DNA of 64,000 nt from Chlorokybus atmophyticus. Lineage: Eukaryota; Plantae; Mesostigma and Chlorokybus algae. Below, in pieces: positions 59,560 through 64,000 of this stretch (position 1 is its first letter; every line of letters starts with the position of its first letter). The position numbers and the translations under genes are program-made. The DNA is taken from assembly GCA_009103225.1 (NCBI GenBank), contig RHPI01003369.1, positions 1,392,017 to 1,456,016 of the forward strand. The letters are read 5' to 3'. A model generated the notes under the pieces. It was not told where the DNA came from, ran no database searches, and saw only the letters and a program-made list of their open reading frames with translations.

Positions 59560-61989
59560 GAACCTCTGCCAATTCGGTCCCTATGCCGCCATCACATCCC
59601 GAGTGTGCAAGCAGTGCTCAAATGGAGCATGCATTGCACATTGCTACTACACACACACACACACACCTGTTGACATGCGAGTACAGTCATACATGCGAAT
59701 ACATGCCCCAATGCACATTATTCACACACCTGCACAGTATACACTGGCAGTCCTTCATCACCCACATCAATGTTGAACGGCACAGCACTACTGTGCCCTT
59801 CTGCAAAACCAACGACGCATGAGAAATACTCACAATTGCAAGACATGCACCCACAAGCATTAACAACACATATGTAGCATACGATCTTACACAGATATGA
59901 ATACCAATATAGCAACCTTGTTGCCTTTATGTTGCCTTATAAATGTAGCAGCCTTGCACAGGTAATTAATTGACTCTAACCAGCATGCATGCGTGACTGG
60001 CCCGGGGGGGGGTGAGTAGGNGGAATGAGGCAATGAGTGCAGTGTATATAGCCCGATAGTTATGTATGTATGATTGCATGCGTGGTTGAGTGCAATGTCA
60101 CATAATGTGTGCATGGTTGCCTTGCATGGATGACATCCCCATTGCATCTTGTGTACACAGCTGCATAACCAAGTGTATGCCTAGATGACCGAGTTGTTAG
60201 AGACCTATGCATTGTAACTAGAGGGCTTTATATAAGGAGCATGCGGATCTGCACTGGGCCACAGTCATGTGTCCTTGGACTGCTGGTTGCTGATGCCCCC
60301 ATTCCACTACGTGGGTTCCTCACCATAAGTCCCGTCACGTGCCTGATTTTGGCTCGAGTTGTGGGGCATGTCGCAGGACCGGGGGACAGCATTGACGGCT
60401 GCTGGGAGTTATGGAAAGGGCGCTCAGACAGGCGCCAATTGTGGCCATCAAAAGGAGTGTCGGGGTGCCGCAGTACCAACTACTGGCCCGTATTTGGGTC
60501 GACATTCTCAGCATCTGCCCCACGGCTCACAGCTGCATGCGCGCACAAGTGGGAGGCAAGATCTAGAGGTAATAATTGCACAGGCACAATGCAAAGTGCG
60601 GAGACAATACAGCATGCACCACGACCACTACTTACCAAGCCGCCACCGCGCGGATTTATATCAGCATTACTCTCTACACGAGCACCAGGGGGCAAGAATG
60701 ACGGGCATTCTCTGCAAGCACCAGCATGTGTCAATCAATGAACAAAGTCATAAACAACCACCACTTGGTGCGTGCACAAACAGGCTGATAAGCTTACCGG
60801 TAGCATAAGTAGATGACGCCGGTCAGCAGCTATGCGCCAACATCGCCCGGAGGTTAACGCCATCACATACACCTCTCTTTTCGAGGCGCCATTTGATACG
60901 GTAAGGTCGGTCCGCAACCCCAAAATGATATCGGCTTGTTTACCACGAGAACGCCGGGCTCTGTTGGTATTCTGGGCCCTTCGCTTCTTTGTGGCCTTCT
61001 CCGCCAGCGTAGGCGAGGATCCCATCTGTCCTGCACCCTGCACCCCTTGAGACTGTCCTGGTGCGTGTCCTGCCCCTTCATCATCAACGCCCGCCGGCTA
61101 CCCGCTGCACAATGGGGTCCCATGCATCTGAGAGGCATCATTGCTCAAGTCCCCCTCGTCATCCTCAACCGGCTCATACATCTCCGCCAACGGGGCGGCG
61201 ACCACCCTCCACGCCGCCCCCAACCACACTAATTTCGTGCCCTTTACTGCAGCTCACTTGTTAGATTTCACACAACCGACTATCCCTCTCAAACGGCCCC
61301 TACATGCCACTCTCGTCGACGTCGACCATCACAGACCTGTCTGTTCGGATTGCCGCCAACAGGGCCTGTATCGCTGTCGATAGCCAGCGACGGCATACAG
61401 CTGTCTACGTTTACCCAGATGGCCAATTCCTCACAATTTTACGTCTGTCCACGTCGACAACCCCAGACTCCACGCGACGATGCGGGCCAAAACGGCGACA
61501 ACATGAGTTAATGGAAGATGGTCGGGCTTTTCAACTGCACATAAAACCCGACAAAGAGCGATGTCGGGTGGGGACACTGGCGCGACGTAGGACCCGATAG
61601 AGTGATAGCAGTTTATCGCAAGTAGGGGCGTTCCTATTGCGATTCAAACCATTTCGCGCCGACACGGTTGCGTAATATTGTTGATGCCTGACTGGCGGCG
61701 GCGGCGTGGATCGGCACGCGAGCCATGCTGAATGGTCGTTGATTATGACGCTCGACTGGCCGGCGTTGTGTGCCATGTACAATAACATGTCTACTACAGT
61801 GTGTAGTTTACTGAACCAATGGTACTTTCATCAAGTCACTTCATACCGGCTCTCGCATAAGGGGTCCTTGCATAAACATTTGTGCCTCGTGCTAATACTC
61901 TCAGCAGGTGTCGAGTTCATTCAGGGGTTGTTTATCCGAAGCGCAACAAGCGCATTTTAGTAGTTGAAATTGCATGCGCGGCTTGCCGA

Positions 61990-63400
61990 AATCCTTTTAC
62001 GTACGAAAAGTGGCAGGGGAAGTAGTTGTGTACGTAGTACATAATGCTTTGGTTCGAGGGCCTCCGCAGGGTGAAAGTGCCTTGCCTACGCACTTGGACG
62101 ACCTTTTAGTTAGTGCCGAAAATGGCTGGATTGAAGATGTTGGTGGTTTGCTTTATGCGATAGATTTAGTCTCCCATGTAAAACCACCATATATGGGGCA
62201 CATTATGCCCATTGCAAATGTTTTCTTACTACAAAACGCCGAGGCGCATATCATGCTACTGAGCCACTTTAAATTTGGAAAAGGCCATGGGGTTGGACTC
62301 TTTAGCAACACAACGCGGGCCATCAGCACCTTCAGCATGTGCGTGCGTTCATCCGACATTACATTTTGCCGTGGGGTGGAAACAACTCTAGAGCAATTTA
62401 ACGGCGCCGCTTTATGTGCCAATCAATACAAAAAATACGCGGGCGGCGTTTAGCCGCCAAGTTTAAAATACCCGACGCGCGATTCACGCCATATTTCATG
62501 AAAATGCCCCTTCCCCGATTTGAGTGGATTTTGCACCACGTTACCACAACTCTGATAATGCGCGGTGTCAAACGCCCTTAACATCGGGGCAAGGGCATTT
62601 GTTGGCGGCAAAAGGTCACTGACTTGGCCGCGTTAGCGGCAAACCATTTGAATCGCTAGCTGCCATAGGCCAGCTCCCCTCAGCCAATCGCTGTATTTGG
62701 TTGAAACCCCTGTGTGGCAGCGCTCTATTCGTTGCTGTTTAGCTTTACCTCAAAAGTCGTCACGAAGGTCTTATTGTGCAAATAATTGGGACTCTCTTGT
62801 TTCCTTAACATGACAAAATGCAACGCGATGATGTTCGTTAAACACTCTATAGCATGACGGGCAAGGAACGGGAGCAGCGGCTCTCTCGCAAACATAAGGA
62901 AGTACAAAGAGCTTGAGCGCAGGGTTGCTTGCGGAGTGCACCAGTACCCCAGCGCAAGCTAGGGCAGGTATTCATTCTCCTTGCTTGAGGATGGGTCACT
63001 TAGTGCCACCGCAAGGCTTTTGTAGTAGTTTGCACCATGCGCTCAGCGAGGACACTAGCTTGAGGGTGATCACACCTGATGTATCGTTGATTGATGAGCG
63101 CGCGGTTGAGCAAGACATTCAGCTCATTTAGAAATTCCATGCCTTGGTTGGTAAGGAGTTCTTGTAGGCGCCGTTTGTGCTGAGGATGTGGTCCATTAAT
63201 CATCCTGGAGGAGGACTTGCTTAACAGAGGCATCAGCTCAACCCATTTGCTTAAGTGCTCAATGGCGATGAGGACGTAGGTGTTGCCATGACACGTTGCG
63301 GGCTTTGCTGCTAAGTCCATGCTTAAGCGGTAACCGAGGCGCTTGATGGGAAGGGGCTGTAGCTAAGGGTGTTGCAATTTCAAGACTTGCATTGCCTCAG
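61990..63400 (-). pseudogene. Decayed Ty3/gypsy integrase (non-chromodomain type)
   Basis: DL...GNTYVLIAIEHLSKWVE...LTNQGMEF...HPQASVLAERMVQT (63000-63320), MFAREPLLP, and C-terminal KVVQVRRQGTFTL...HNYFPCH (about 62000-62100). Confidence 0.82.
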
Positions 63401-64000
63401 CACCTTAGCGACATTACATGCAAGTCCAACCCATAGTTATTGCAAACCATGTTTTTTTTATTTTTTTTAGGGGGGGGGGGGGGCATACTGAATTCATTAA
63501 GCAAAGTAGAGAGTGTGAGAGCTATCCACTGCCAGAGACTAAAGGGCTGCGTTGAAACGCTTTCCACACTCTACCCCATGGCAAATTCGGACAAAGCAAA
63601 TGCCAGCATCGCTAAGCCGCAAGCTTGTTAAGGAAGCGACGACTTAAGACGTGATAGCCCACTCGCGAAGTGTAATCCCACCAAGCCAATAGACGTGTGC
63701 TTGGCGGGGAGAGTTCCCCCCCCACTGAGTAGCAGCTGGGTTTGGGTGCAGATCAGATAGAGGAGCGCTACTAACAAGCATTCGACAGTATACCTGTCAT
63801 GCACCGGCAGCGAGCTCCATGCCGAGGTGTGCGGCGCTGGCGCTTGATGCCAACGAGCTGGAGGAGGTAGGACCCACACCCGCACAGGGGAAAAGAGAGA
63901 AGTATCATGCCAGTCTATTGGGGAGGAGAGAGTATCTGCTTCCGTGCCGTTCACATTATCGAAGACTCAGGAGCATAAGGTCTCCGACACGGACGTGACG

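Noticed and set aside
54290-60180. Candidate Academ TIRs (ATACACTGCA at 54296 vs 60038; GCATACACT vs 60172)
   Set aside because: Only 9-10 bp matches, no extension and no TSD.
60400-60660. Possible CDK-like kinase relic (GSYG...VAIKR...GVP-ST)
   Set aside because: Needs at least two frameshifts within about 90 nt, and no credible HRD/DFG follows at the right spacing.
63900-64000. Retroviral-type protease motif (IIEDSGA) at the window edge
   Set aside because: A stop follows immediately and the context is truncated; insufficient support.
1-64000. tRNA, rRNA or snRNA genes
   Set aside because: None recognised; the only tRNA-related sequences are primer-binding sites.

Overview
Eukaryotic, intron-containing genomic DNA, inferred to be from a green-lineage alga or plant; the species cannot be identified from this window. 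A 12.5-kb island holds three apparently intact host genes: an alpha/beta-hydrolase lipase (-, 28.2-31.3 kb), CPSF2/CPSF100 (+, 32.6-36.2 kb) and a neutral ceramidase (-, 36.9-40.7 kb). Nested transposons fill most of the rest. Left side: a CACTA-like end, two miniature LTR structures (one a complete TRIM with TSD), and two decayed chromovirus copies arranged head-to-head. One of these copies carries a 1.6-kb non-coding element (second copy at 24.6 kb) and a young full-length chromovirus (9547-16390; 338-bp LTRs differing at 3 sites; TSD GTCGG). That element has an in-frame gag-TAG-pol junction, a probable degenerate Dam-like domain before the protease, and a hairpin-packed LTR. Right side: a complete 12.2-kb CACTA/EnSpm element (41300-53522; CACA... 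TIRs; TSD TAT) encoding a decayed transposase, a TnpA-like gene with an N-terminal SAM-like domain, and an antisense multi-exon BED/WW-like coiled-coil gene. It sits inside a 76-nt intron of a Tudor-domain pseudogene. Next come a decayed AcademX-type transposase (DDE + XPG/PIN + Cys-rich tail) and a Ty3 integrase remnant. No rRNA, tRNA or CRISPR was found. All domain calls are by eye from remembered motifs; no database search was run.
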